64,000 bases of DNA. Source: Cyanophora paradoxa CCMP329. Taxonomy: Eukaryota; Plantae; Glaucophyta. The position numbers were made by a program, and so were the translations under genes. The stretch lies in NCBI GenBank assembly GCA_004431415.1, contig QPMI01000080.1, positions 4,094 to 68,093 on the forward strand. Reading direction: 5' to 3'. Positions 21,327 to 34,300 of the stretch are shown one piece after another (the first letter of the stretch is position 1; every line of letters begins with the position of its first letter). The notes beneath the pieces were generated by a model. That model did no database searches, had not been told where the DNA came from, and saw only the letters and a list, made by a program, of their open reading frames with translations.

Positions 21327-21952
21327 CCGCGCAGCTGTTTGTGGCTCGCTGTCTTCGAAATTTAAAATTAGGATTTAAAGAACCGTGATCATCAGCATCC
21401 GATGATCTACATGGCATCATCGACTCGGCGAGTCATGATGTGCGAGTCATGATGCCATGATCATGATCTCCTAGGCTACGTGTCATGACGCAATGATGTG
21501 GCCCACTAGGCTAGGTCCTAGCTTAGTGGTGCATGATCACTCGGCGACTCGGCGACCTGATCCTGCATATGATCATGCCATATGCATGCATATGCATGCA
21601 ATATTGCAATATCTCCAGAAAGCTCACCGTGGCACCGTATGCGTCACGCCGTGGCACGAGTCAGCAGCTTCCAAGCTGCATCCGATTACCCGCCCAGCCG
21701 GACCGATGATATCGATGGTTCCAAGTTCTTGATGCCGCGTGCTACGCCCTTGACGCCGGGGCCCCGGGCCACCGGGAGGCCTCTAGCTTCGGCCTGGAAC
21801 TCACTGAGACTCAGCATTCCAGGCCCAGGCCGGGACCCACTGGGCCAGGGACGCGTACGAAAGAAGGGCGAGCTAAGGGGCGAGGTCACTGGGTCTAGCT
21901 TGAATTTTCTACCTTTGATAAATTAGCTGCAGCCTAGCCTATCAGCTACGAA

Positions 21953-24900
21953 CTATAAACTGACTGACTGGCTACCGGTCCTAGTCGCCGCAGGCGCCGC
22001 CCCGCGCCGCCTGAGGCCTGACGCCGGGGTACCGGTGCCAGGAGGGGCCGCGGCGCCCGCGGCGGCGGCCTCGGCGGCGGCGGCGGCACGGGCCGCGTCC
22101 GCCCCGTAGGGGGGCCGCGCCAGCCGATACCTTCGAAGATGAAACCCGTCAGCGAAGATCAGATGGGGAGGGGGGGGGAGGAAGGGGGGGTACCGGGAGA
22201 CGAAGCCCTCGGTGAAGTACCCCAGGATGGGAAAGGTCGGGGGCGGGGACCAGGGCGCGCCCCCGCTCTCGCAGTCCGCCACGCTCTGCAGAAGACAAAT
22301 TCAAGAAGGCCCCAGGTTGGGGGGGGGAGAGCTTAAGGGGGGTACGCGGACCTTGAAATGGAGGGCGGTGGGTACGGCGAGCAGGTGCTCCAGATCCTCT
22401 CCGACCCCGCTGGCGGAGTCCAGGGGCCGGCGCGTCAGGCCGGGCGGGGGCAGGGACGCAGGCGGGGGCGGCGTGGGGGGCGGCGTGGGGCCTTAGGCGG
22501 CCGGCGCGGCGTACGCATCCTACCCCTCCTCGCTTTGCCCCTCCCCCTTCCCCTCCCGCGCACCTGTACACCAGCTCGTGGTCCCAGATCAGGCAGACCT
22601 GTACCCCCGTCAGTATTTCAGAGGGGGGAAGAAGTGGTGGTGGGGGGTAGGTCGCGCCTCGGCGCCGGCGCCGGAGGCGAGGAGGAGCTCCGGTTGCGAG
22701 TAGATCCCCGCGTACCCTGCCCGGGTCCCCCCCGTCTTTCGGGGGGGGGGGTACAAGAGGAACGGAGGGGAAGGGGGGTACCGAGGTTGAAGGAGAGGCG
22801 CCCGGCGCGGTCGTGCTGCGCCCCGAAGACGGCGAGCGCCTGCGGGAGGGGTACGTGTGCCGCGGTCGGCGTCTGCCGCAGGCGCAACGAAGGGACGACG
22901 CTACGAAGGGAGCCGGGGGGGGGGGGGGGGGGAGGGTTACCTGGATAGGGATGCCCGCGAGGCCGACCTGCGCCGGGGGGGGGGGGGGGGGGGGGCCGAC
23001 CTCAGAACCAGCACACGCTTTAGCTCCATGGATCATGTGAGGTTGGTTGCTCAGAGGTGCTGGCGGGGCGGGGCGGGGCGGGGCGGGGCGGATAATTTGA
23101 AGAATTCTTTGGACGGGGCGGAGGTGTTCGTAGGCGGCCCGCGAAATCGATTATTTATATGAGGTTGCTCAGGCGCCGGCGGGGCGCCGGGCGAGGCGGG
23201 GCGGGGCGGGGGGTGGGACCTCGAGGAGGGCCGGGTGGTCGTACGCGGCCCGCGTCAGGAGCGCCAGCGGCGCACCGTCCGACGCGCTGCGGTGCGATCG
23301 CCGGGGGCGCGGCTCAGGCCCGGGCTCATGCGCAGGATCAGAAGAGCCTAAGATTAGAAAATCTAGAGCATTAGCTCAAGGTCCGATCAAGGCGAGGCGG
23401 CGGGTTTTAAGGCCCGTGACTTGGAAGATACGACGAAGTTATATATATATAATAAAAGGCTTAAAAGCCTACGATTAGAGAATCTAGGAAGCTTAAGAAG
23501 CTTGCGGACCTCCAGGAGAGGAAGTGGGCGGCGAGGCGGCGGAGGCGGGGCGCGGCGGGGAGCGCCGCGGCCAGGTCCGCCAGGCACGCCGCCGGCAGCT
23601 GCGAGCGGCCCACGTCTGCGGCGTGGGGCCAGGGCTGAGTGAGGGGCGGGCGGGGCGGGCGAGAGGGGCGGGGCGGGGAGGGGGCTCGGGGTTAGAAGGC
23701 GTGCGGCAACGCCTCGCCTCGCCTCGCCTCATCGCGCCTCATCGCGCTTCGTGTTCGTACCTATGGAGAGGAGGTGGGGGGCGAGGGCGGCGAGGGCGGC
23801 GGGGAGCGGGTGGGGCCCGCCCTGCGCCCCCGGCCCCGCCCCGACCCCGTCAGATCACATCAATCTGGACAGCAAACAGCTTGGCGCCAAGCGGCTAGCG
23901 CTCGCCTGCGGACGGCGACGCTCTATGGTTCTAGGTTCTAGGTTCTAGGTTGATGACATTGAATTCTGGGCTCGTAAGGCTCTCCAAGGCATGTTATCTC
24001 TAAGGCCCTCCCCATCTCCAGCGCCGCAGGCTCGCCTGCGCCCCCGGCCCGAAGCCGGAGCCGAAACCGTAGTCGCGGACGGCGACGCTCTCCAGCCGCC
24101 CGCAGCTGCGGGGGGCCCGGGCTCAGCTCGGCGCAGGCTCGAGCCTGGCGGAGACGGGGGGCTCGGGGGCTCAGGGGCTCGCCTCGGGCTCGGACCGGGC
24201 TCGGCTTAGTTAAGATAATTATAAGGGAGGGCGGGAGGGGAGGGGAGGGGCCGGGCTCGCCCCGCGAGGGCGCCGCGGAGGGCGGCGGCGGCGGGCGGGG
24301 AGAGCTCGTGCCGGAGGGCGGGCCCCACGCCCCGCGACCCGAAGACCGGGCCCGAGAGCTGCGCGGATCAGGATCAGGTGAGCGCGGAGGTCGGGTCAGG
24401 TGAGGTCAGGCACGGCCGGGGCCCGAGACTTCAGTTTAGTTTAGATGTTCGAGCGGCGATGTTTTAGTTTAGATGATGTTTAGTTTAGTTCAGTTTAGTT
24501 TAGTTTAGTTAGGGCGGCGGCGGCGATGTTCGAGCCCTCGCACGCACGCACCCCGAGGCGGGTGAGGGAGGGTCTAGTTTGTTAGTCTAGATCTGGCATT
24601 AACACGAGTGGAGGCTAGTGCGGTATGTTCGTGGAGCACTGGACGCTTGATCGCTCGAGCTCGCACCTCGAGGCGGATGAGGGACGGGCCGGAGGCGCCG
24701 ACGGCGGCGAAGGCGGCCCGCAGGGCGCGCTCGCGCGCCACCGGGCCGGGCGTCTCCACGCACGCGCAGTCCCCCAGCTCCAGCTCCTGCGCGCCGCCCC
24801 GAGCACGAGTCAGCCACGGAGCAGATCTATCCGAGGCAGCCAGGAAGATAGCAGATAGATGGGCGGATAGGAGACGGCGCTCTGCAAGGCTGTACTGCGT

Positions 24901-27900
24901 GCGCCAGGAAAGCGGATCTAATCCTTCGCTTCTACCGGTAATCGCGTTTCCTCCTCCTCTAGTCCGATCCGATCCCCAAGCTAGTTTATAATTCGATCCC
25001 CCCCTTCCTCTCCAGCCCGGCGCACCTGGAATGCGGCGTTGCGGGCGATGCCGGCGGCGACCGCCAGGAAGTCCTCCGCGTACGCGTACTCCTGTAAACG
25101 GCCCCCGCCTCAGACCGGCCGGCTCGGACCGGCCAGCTAGGGGCGCCCCAGCCCTCCAGGCGAAGGGGCGCTTGGGCGCTAGGGGGTCCCTTAGTCTCTA
25201 AGCTCTCAGACCCCTCTAGGGGCGGGGCGGGGCGCACGCCGAGGCCGAGGTGGAGGGACGCGATGCGCGCCCGCGCCAGCGCCTCTCCCAGCGTCCTGCG
25301 GGGGGGGGGGGGGGGGGGGGGGGGGGAGATCGAGTCGGGGGAGGGGGGGGGGGGGGGGGGGGGCGAGCTCGAATTGTTTGTCTAGGTTTGACTGGAAGGG
25401 ACCGGGGGCACCTCGCGGCGCTGGAGATGGGGAGGTGCGCGCGCAGCGCCACCCGGTCGAAGCTCCGCCCCGCCGCGCTGCCGCCCACCTCGCTCAGATC
25501 TAGAGGCGGGGCGGTGCGGGGGATTCGGGGGCGAGCGGTCCCGGGGGGGGCGTCCCCGTGCATTCGAAGCTAGAACCGTGCAGGCAGCTAGTTTTAGAGC
25601 CGGGCGGGCCGGCGGGGCGGGGGCGAGGGCCGGGTCGTCGGGCGCGCCTGGCGTCGCGGAGGCGAGGGCCGGCCTAGCTTTAGCTGAGTAGCTCCCTCTA
25701 CCCTCTACCCCCCGGGGGGGGGGGGGGGCCTTGGGCGCACCTGGCTTCGAGGAGGGCCTCCGCGATGTCCCGCATCCCGTCCGACCCGAACCCTGCCCGA
25801 GGCACCTCAGAGGCCGCAGGGGGCCGCAAGGGGCCGAAGCGGCTTCTCTCGAAACTCCTCGGCGATTGCGCCCAGGATGCGTTCTATCCGTTCTCCTCAT
25901 ACGTTCTATCTTAAGCTATCTCGCGCACCGGTTTTATCTTACGCTTAAGCATAAGCTTCTCCTATCTTGAGCTTAATCTTAAGCTTAAGCTATCTTAAGC
26001 TATCTTCGGGGCGCACCGGTGAAGGAGAGGTCGAAGGAGCGGAGGGCGGGGCAGGGCCGCAGCGCCCCCGCCGCGAACATGCACACCCCCACGTCCCCCA
26101 GGTTGTTGTACCCCAGGTCCTGTCCGGGGGGGGGGGGGCGCGGGAGAGTGAGTGAGGCGGGACAGACGCGCGAGGGGATGGGCGGGAAGCCATCGACTAG
26201 AGAACACCCCACAGTCCTCGAGATTAGATCGCCAGGTCCTCTGCCGGGTCTAGATGGGCGAGGGAATGGGCGAGGGGGCGGAGGGGTGTGGCGGGTGTGG
26301 CGGAGGCGCTAGGCGTGCTCCCGTTCGAGAAGCGGCGGCGTCCCCCGTTCGTGGGGCGCAGAAATGCGTTCGTGGGGCGGGGCGGTCGCGCGAGGGGAGG
26401 GGCGGGGCGGGGCGGGGCTAGATCCGGCGGCCCTCTACACCCTACGGCCACCCGCCGAGGTCCAGATCGAAAGAGAGCGGGGACGCACGACGCTGCGGAG
26501 GGCGGAGTAGGGCCCCAGGCTCAGGTGGTGCAGGATCCCCAGCGGCAGCACCTGCCGACCCCGCGGCGTCTTAGAGGGGGTACGCTGTTGTTGTTTAGGG
26601 GTACGGCGCACGTCGTGGCGGAAGGCGCCGCAGAGGTCGAGGGTCTGGAGGTCGGGGGGGTACCAGGGCGCGGGCTGGCGGGAAGGGGGGGAGGGGTGAG
26701 CGGAGGAGGATGGAGGTGGAGGAAGGGGGGTACCGGGGCGGCGCCGGGGCCGCCCTCCGGGGCGGCGAGGCGGCGGCGTGAGTCACGCGCGTCGCGGAGG
26801 CGTCCCACCGCCCTGCAGAAGGGGCACACGAGGCCCCAGAAGACAGCCAGTACCCTGCAAAGGCTCAGAGGCAGCCTAAATATAGAACGGCCGGGGGTAC
26901 GCGGTCGCTTACCACAGTCCGCAGGCGGCGTCGAATAGGTAGAGAGCGACAGCGGGGAGTACCCGGAAGGGGGAGCGGCGGAACCTGCACGGAGGGGGTT
27001 ACACGGTTCAGGACGGGGGTACGCGACTCGGAGAGGGGTACGCGGGGCTCGCCGGGAGAGGAGGATGGCGGGGGTACGGCGGAAGTGGGTCAGGAACCAC
27101 TGCGGCCGAAAGACGGCGGGGGCCTGCGCACGGATGAAGTCAACAAGATATACAATTAGGCCTCGCCCAGACCATAGAAAATGAGGGAGAATACTAGTAT
27201 AATATCACAGGGCGGGGCTGCACAGCTGTCTGGCTCGCCTGGTCCATGATGAGGAGGGCGCGGTCGAGCCTGGCCAGGTCGGAGACGGCGCGGCGGAGCC
27301 GCAGGCTCCGCACCCGCGGGCTCCGCCTCAGCAGCGCCAGCAGGGCCCGCATCGGGACCTGGGCGGGGGGGAGGGGGGGGGGAAAGGAGATCAGGGGTAC
27401 GTTGGTTTAGGGGGTGGACATGGTAGGGGGACGCGCGTGCCTGGACGCCGGGCCTTCCCCGCAGCTTGACTCGCTCCGTGTCTGCCAGCCGCCGCCACTC
27501 CCGGCAGACCTGACGGGCACGAACTCGCATGCGCAGGGGCAGGGCCGGCGGCAGCGGGTTGGGGGCACGGCGGACCGCCGAGAGCTCAAGGGGGCTGGCC
27601 CCGCTCATCGCCCAGATGGAGCAGAGGAGCTCGTCGGGGAGCGAGCCGATTCCGCCGACGGGAAAGACGGCATCGATGTCGCTGGCCGCCTTCCCCGCGA
27701 AGCTCGGGGAGCGGGGGAGGGCGCAGGAGGAAGAGGACGACAGCGATCGGAGGGCGAGCGCCTGTGTGCGAGCGAGCGCGCGCGGGGGCGTCGGGGGACG
27801 GGGCGGGGACGGGGACGGGGGCCGGGGCTTGCTCTGGGCGCCGACCTGCTTTTGGACGGAGGCGCCGCGCTCGAGGCCCCAGAAGACCGGAGCGCCGGCC

Positions 27901-28138
27901 GAGTAGAGCGTCGAGAACACTGCGAGGGACTCGTCAGATCGTCGGATCGCAGTGGCCCAGCCCAGAGGCGGCGAGATCCAGAGCGGCGTGCAGCGGCCTG
28001 GGGACCGCCCAGCCGCTCGCGGCGCTTCGTTCGATGCCCAAGCGGTCATCCACAGCGCCGCGCACCTCGGCGGACGCCGGCGTAGACGAGGAGCGCCAGC
28101 GCGGCGGCGCCGGCGAGGGCTACCGCCAGGAAGAGCAT
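21953..28138 (-). CDS. N-terminally membrane-anchored F-box / RNI-like LRR protein with long repetitive introns (3' part may be a separate gene)
   Basis: Start MLFLAVALAGAAALALLVYAGVRR. F-box IGSLPDELLCSIWAMSGASPLELSA|VCREWRRLA. LRR exons DLQTLDLCG and DLGYNNLGDVGVCMFAAGALRPCPALRSFDLSFT. Exon chain below ~24.6 kb is only partly resolved. Confidence 0.55.
24433..24511 (+). repeat. (TTTAG)n intronic microsatellite
   Basis: Imperfect GTTTA/TTTAG runs. Confidence 0.8.
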
Positions 28139-28305
28139 CCCGGCTTGCTTTCAGCCCGCGCTACATGCGCTCGGGGCCGGGGCTGGGCAGCTGCGAGCTG
28201 AGCTGGCACCTAAGCGGCGGTATCCCCCCCAAGTGCGCTTTCAGCCCTGAAGCAGAGCCGTGGCAGCGCCGATCACTCGGAGCCTGGACATTCGGCCGAG
28301 GGCAA

Positions 28306-31300
28306 ATGACCGAGGCGCTGTTGGACTCGCTCGCGGGCGCCCTGCGCCTGCGGTCGGCCCAGGCGCGGCGGGCGGAGGAGGAAGCCGCGCGCCTGCGCGC
28401 CGAGCTCGATGCGCTCAAGGCAAACGGCGGAGCGGCGGCCGCTGACGCCTCGGAGGCCGCGCTCCACCGGACCGAGGACCGCCTCCACCGCGTCCGCGCC
28501 GCGCTCGCCCAGGCGGTCGCCGACGCCTCGAGGGCGCCGGCGGATGTGCGGCGGCCCGCGACCTCTGCGGAGACCGAGGAGCTCGAGGCGATGCTTGAAC
28601 GCGAGGTCGAGCGGCGCGGGTGCGCCGGCGCGGCCTCCCGCCCCGCGCCCCGCGCCATTCGCTCACCCGGAAGCCGCCCGCAGCGAGTACGAGCTGGCGA
28701 TGATCGTCCGTGCCACCCGCCGCCTCCCGCGGCGCGCCGCGGGCCCGCCGCGCGCTGACCGCTCAGCGCAGCGCGCCATTTCGGCGCTCGGCGGCGCCGT
28801 GGAGGACCCGGACAACTTCGACCTCGCCACGGAGCTGCAGAAGCGCGCGGCGAACGCCGGCGGCCTCCGCGCCGCGTCGGTGCCGGCCTCCCATCCTCCC
28901 ATCCTTCTCCGGGCGCGTTCCGCGCCTCATTCCGTTCCTCCGGCCGCGCGCAGGGCACGAACGAGGCCGCACGGCTTCGCGCGGAGCTCGCGGAAGCGGA
29001 GCGGACGCGCTCCGACGAGTCGTCGCGGGCGCGGGCGATGGAGCGCGACCTCGGCGAGGCGCGGGCGCGCGTCCGGGCGCTGGAAAGCGAGCTCGCGGTA
29101 AGCTCAGCTCTGCCTCCCTCCAGTCTCGCCCCGCTCAGCTTCCGGCGTTAGGGACTTAAGGCGTCCGGAGCGGGCGCCGCGGCTGCGCCGCGGGCAGGGG
29201 ACCTCGAGGCGCTGGAGGGCGTCAACGAGTCGCTGAGGGCCGCCGTGTCCCGGCACCGCGCGGCGGCGGAGGCGGCGGAGGCGGCGGCGGCGGCCGCCCG
29301 ATCGGAGGCGGACGCGGCGCGCGCGTCGGCGGCGGAGGCGCGGGCCGCCGCGCGGGCGGCGCTGGCGGAGGCGGCCGAGGAGGCGGTGCGCGCGCCCTGA
29401 AATGAATCCTAAGAAGCCGCTTTAAATCCGCTTTACACCTTAAGATCTCAAGACGTTAAGATCTTGAGAGAAAGCCGCTAACACCGCTTTCGCAGGCGAG
29501 GCGCGCGGCATCCGCCCGGGCCCTCGGCGACGCGCGCGAGGTAAGCGGGCGCGCTAAGAAGACGCTCACGATCTTAAGAATTCGAATAGCTTATCATAAA
29601 CACTCAAACTAAGAAGAAGAAGCTTTGAATCTTGAAGAAGCTTTAGCACACAGAGCGCCCGGGGCCCCCCGGCCCCCTCGGTCGGATCGGCTCTGATCCG
29701 CTCGGATCCGATCCGACCCACCGCCTCCTCCCCTCCCCCTGATCCGCTCTGATCTGATCCGATCCAATCCGATCTGGCACCCCCCTTTCCCCCACCGCCC
29801 CGACCCCCTGATATCCCCACCCCCCCGATCTGATCCGATCTGAGCCGATCTGACGCCCCCCTTTCCCCGCCCCAGGCGCAGCTGGCGGACCTGGCGGCGC
29901 AGCTCGCCGCCGTCGACGCCGCCCTCGCCGGCTACGGCCCCGCCGACCGCTCCGTGCGCCCCCGCGCCCCCCAAGAAGCCCAAGAAACCGCTCTAGATTC
30001 TAAGATCTTAAGACGCTTAAGATTTGAAGATTATTAGATTTTAAGGATAGAAGACGTGCTGCAGCCTAAGCGAAGGCGGCTCAGGGGCTTGATCCTAAGT
30101 CGCCCACGCCTAAGCAGTCTGAGCCTGAGCGCCCTCGCTGAGCCTCGCCTCGCCTCGCCCCTCGCAGGTGGACGCGGCGCTGCGGGTGCGCGCCGCCATC
30201 GACGCGGCGGCCGCCTCCGCCGCCGCCGCCGAGGCCCGCCGCGCCCGCGTGCGTTCGCCCGCCCGTCTCTTGCGCGGCTTCTGCCTTCACCTGTTATCAA
30301 GTCCTGCCTTACTCTTGAGGATCTAGAGCCCTAGAAGAGCTTAAAGCTGTCCTCCAGCTGTCCTCGGGCCCTGCCTCACTCTAGAGGATCTAGCTCGCCT
30401 AAAGGATCTAGCCCACCGATAGCTAGATAGGATCTAGCTCCTCTTGCGTGGCTACAGCTGCTCTCGACTAGATAGGGACCATGAGAAACGACTTAGGATC
30501 TCACGCCTAAAGACCTCGAGAGATCTAGAGACTCGCCGCGCCCGCGGCGCGTGCCTTTCCCCTCGAGATCCCGGATGACTCCGGCTGTCCTCGTGCCCAG
30601 CCCCCTCACTCCGCTTCGAATTCGATTTTCGGCGCAGGCGGCGCTCGACTCGGCCTCGTCGGACGCCCAGCGGGCCGCCCTCCTCGCCTCCGAGCACGCC
30701 GCCGAGGTGAGTGAGAAAGCGTTAATCTTCTAGGGCTCTCACAGAACCGTTTAGAGCGTATGAGAACCTTTACTAGAACTCTAGAGAACGTTTTAGAGGC
30801 GTGCAAAGCTCGTTTGACGGGGGCGGCAGCTTCAGCGGCTTCGGGGGCGGGCGGCGGAGGCGGAGGCGGCGCGGGCGCGGGCGGAGGACGAGTCCCGCTC
30901 CCTCAGCGCCTCCCTCGCCGAGGTGCGCCCCGAACTTTTATAAAGGGAACCGCACTTGAAAAGAACTCATAAGAAGAACCGAAAGAACTCTTAAGAAGAA
31001 CCCTTCTTCTTCTTCTTCTTCTTAAAGAACACTTGGAAACACTTAAAAAATCGCCCTTCTTCTTCTTGTTGTTGTTCTTCTTCTTCTTAGACCTCGCGCC
31101 AGGCCTCCCGGGAGCGGGCGGCGGCGGCGGCGCAGGCGGCCGCGGCCGCCGCGCGCGCCGCGGAGGCGGCCGCGCTCCGGGAGGAGGTCAGATCATACCT
31201 CACCTGAGCTCAGACGATCTCAGGTGATTCTAACTTTGCTCAGGCCGCGTCGATGCGGGGAAGGCTGGAGGAGGCACAGGGGCGGGCGGCGGCGGCGGAG

Positions 31301-34300
31301 GCGGAGGCGGCCGCGCTGCGCGCCGCTGCAGCCGAGGCGCGCGCGCCCGCGCCCCGCCCGCCAGCCAGCCAACTTGCACCGTGACCTCCAAACAGACCGT
31401 GTCGTCGCGGGCGCTGGGCGGGGCCTCTGAGGAGGAGCTGGGGTCCGCCCTGCGGCGCCTCGCGCAGGCCGAGGCCCGCGCGGCCTCCCTCGCAGAGCAG
31501 CTGGTGCGCGCGACCCGCTCGCTCGCTCGCCGGCTCCATCCTAGTCATGGATAGCCATGGGCAAGCGTGTCACTCTATCCGTCTCACCTGGTCTCACCTT
31601 CGCGGCAGGCTGCGGCGCAGGCGGCGGCCGCGGCGGCGGAGGCGCGCGTGGCGGCGGCGGCTGACGAGGCGGCGGCGCACCGGCGCGAGCGCGACGCGGC
31701 GGCGGCCGCCGCCGAGGCGGCCGCGGTGCCTTCATCTGAGCTTTAGCTTAGCTTCGCGTTTGCTGAGCCGCGGCGGCGGCGCAGCGGGCGGCGGCGGCGC
31801 GGGAGGAGGAGGCCGCCTCGGCGGGTGCCGCGCCCTCCCCTCCCCTCCCTCCCTCGCGGGCCCGTGCCTCAAGCCCGTTCGCCCCGCCCGCCCCGCCCCT
31901 GCAGCGCGGCGGGAGGCGGCGGCCGCGCTCGAGTCGGCCCTCCGCGAGCGGGACGACCTGCAGGCCCGCCCCCGCCCCGCCCCCGCCCCCGCCTCCGCCC
32001 TTGATACTATCTAGTCGACGGCACACGACGGTCCTCGATAGTACCCATAGTATATAGTATCTAAAGTATCTGGGCGCTCTCCAACTCTGACCTAACCGGC
32101 CCTGCCGCACCGCTCTCTGAGTTACCCGCCCCCGCCCCCTCGTCCACCGCTCTCCAACTCTGACCTGACCGGCCCTGCCGCAGGCGCGCCTGGCGGCGGC
32201 CGCGGCGGCCTCGCGAGATGCCGAGGCGCGCGCGGCGGGCCTGGACGAGTCCCTGCGGGCCCGCGAGGCCGCCCTCGCCTCCGCCCAGCAGGAGGCCGAG
32301 GACCTGAGGGCCCGCCTCGCATCCCTCCAGGTCCCCCGTCCTTCTTTCCTTCTCCTGTCGTGGTCTATCTTATCTTTTCCCGCACCCCAGGACCGCATGC
32401 AGGCGGATCGGGGCGACTCGGATCCGGCGTCCGCCGCCATCGCCGAGGCGCACGTGCGCGTACCCCCCTCTTCGTTGCCTTGGGGGGTACCCCTCCCGAC
32501 CCTTTCCCGCGCTATTTTTAGGCGCTAGGCGACCGGCTCCGGGAGGTGGCAGTGACCGCCGCCCGCACGGCCGAGCAGGTATGCCGTAACCCCACTCGGG
32601 CCCTCCTCTACCTTCTTAAAGCCCTGTACCCCCCATCGCAGCTCGCCGCCCACGCCGAGGAGAACCGGCGGCTCCGTGACGAGCTCGAGCGGCTTGGAGC
32701 CGAGGCGAGGATCCCGTACCCCCCCCTCCCCCGCTCGTTCCCGCCGCACTCATGTACCCCCCAGGGTGGGGCTGATGCCCTCCGGCGGGAGCGCGACGAG
32801 ATCGCCGCGCGCGCGGCATCCCTCCAGCGGGTGCCCTACCCCCCTCCCTTCCCCCCCCCCCCCCCCCTTCGGCCAACCACTCCCTCCCCCCCCAAAAAAA
32901 ACAGGAGCTCGATGCTTCAAAGGCAGAGGCCGCGGCGCTCTCTGCGCGCCTGTCCGAGCTGGAGGGTACCCGATTTTCTCTTCCTTCTCTTTTTGTTTTA
33001 GAATGCTAAGCGGCCGGGCAGCCGGGGCCGGTGCGGCGTGGGACGCCCGCACCCGCTGCGACGCCCTCGAGGCTCAGCTGAGCGAGGCCCTCTCCAAGGT
33101 ACCCCCCCCCCGCATTCCCCCCCCCCTTCCCGCTTCGTTCACATTGCGCAGGCGCGGGCGGCGGCGGCGGCGGCCGAGGCGGCCGAGGCGCGCGCCCGCC
33201 GGGCGGAGGCTGAGCTGTCCTCCCGCGAGGCGCGCGCGCCGTACCCGTACACCCGACATCTCCCCTGTACCCCCGCCAACCCCTTTCGTTTCCCAGGCGG
33301 AGGAACGGTCGCTTCGGGAGCGAACGGGCGCCGCGGAGGCCGAGCTCGCCGTCGTCCGCATCCAGGTACCCCCCTCTTTCGTACCCCACCCCATTTCCCC
33401 CTTCAGTCCTTCCTAACTCCGCTTCTTCCCCCCCCCCCCCCCCCCCCCCCCAACTACAGGCGGAGGCCGGGGACGGACGGGTACGGAGTATGGCCTCAGA
33501 GCTCGCGAGGCTCCAGGAGGCCCTTCGGCAGGTGCGGGGTACCGGGTACCGCGCCGAAAACTTCGTACCCCGTTCCTGACTCCTGACGGCGGGACCGCCG
33601 CTTTGCGATTCGCAGACGGATTCGGCGATGGGAGCCGGCGGGGCCGGGGGTAGGGGCACCTCAGCCGCGGCCGAGGACGGTGAGACCCTCCGCAAGCTCG
33701 AGGAGGCACTTACCCAGGTTCGCTCCCCCCCTTCGCTCTGAGCGGTCGAACCCCCCGCTGACCTTTTCCCCCCTCTTCCAGGCCGCGGTGGCGGACCGCC
33801 GGCGCGAGGCGGCGGAGCGCCGCGCCGCGGATCTCTCCGGCGAGGTCCGCGTACCCCCCCCCCCTACTTGCCCGACCCTTAGAACGCGCTTTTAATCCGT
33901 ACCCATCCAGGTCGCCGCGCTCGAATCGCAACTGGCGCTCTCCCGGCAGCAGGCCCGGGGCGCCGAGGACCGGGTTCGATCCCCCTCGGTTCCCTTTTAT
34001 CCTCTCAGCGTCTTTCAACTCGATCCGCTTCTCTCTCGCCTCAGGCGCGGGCCGCCGAGGCGGCGCTCCGCGATGCCGAGAGCCGCGCCGGCCGCGTGCG
34101 CTCCTTCCCCCCCCCCCTCCCCCTACCCCCCTTCTCACCCCCGGGCAGGGCGGGGAGGGGGCGGAGGCGGCCAGGCGGGAGCGCGACGCCGCCTTCGACG
34201 AGCTGCGCCGCGCGAAGGTGCGAACGAAGCGTGGGGCCTCCGCCTGGGCCTTCTACCCCCTCTGCCCTGCCCTACCCACGCCATCGTTCTCGGCAGGGGC

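Noticed and set aside
24433-24511. Interstitial telomeric repeat
   Set aside because: TTTAG pentamers lack the GGG tract; this is a simple microsatellite.
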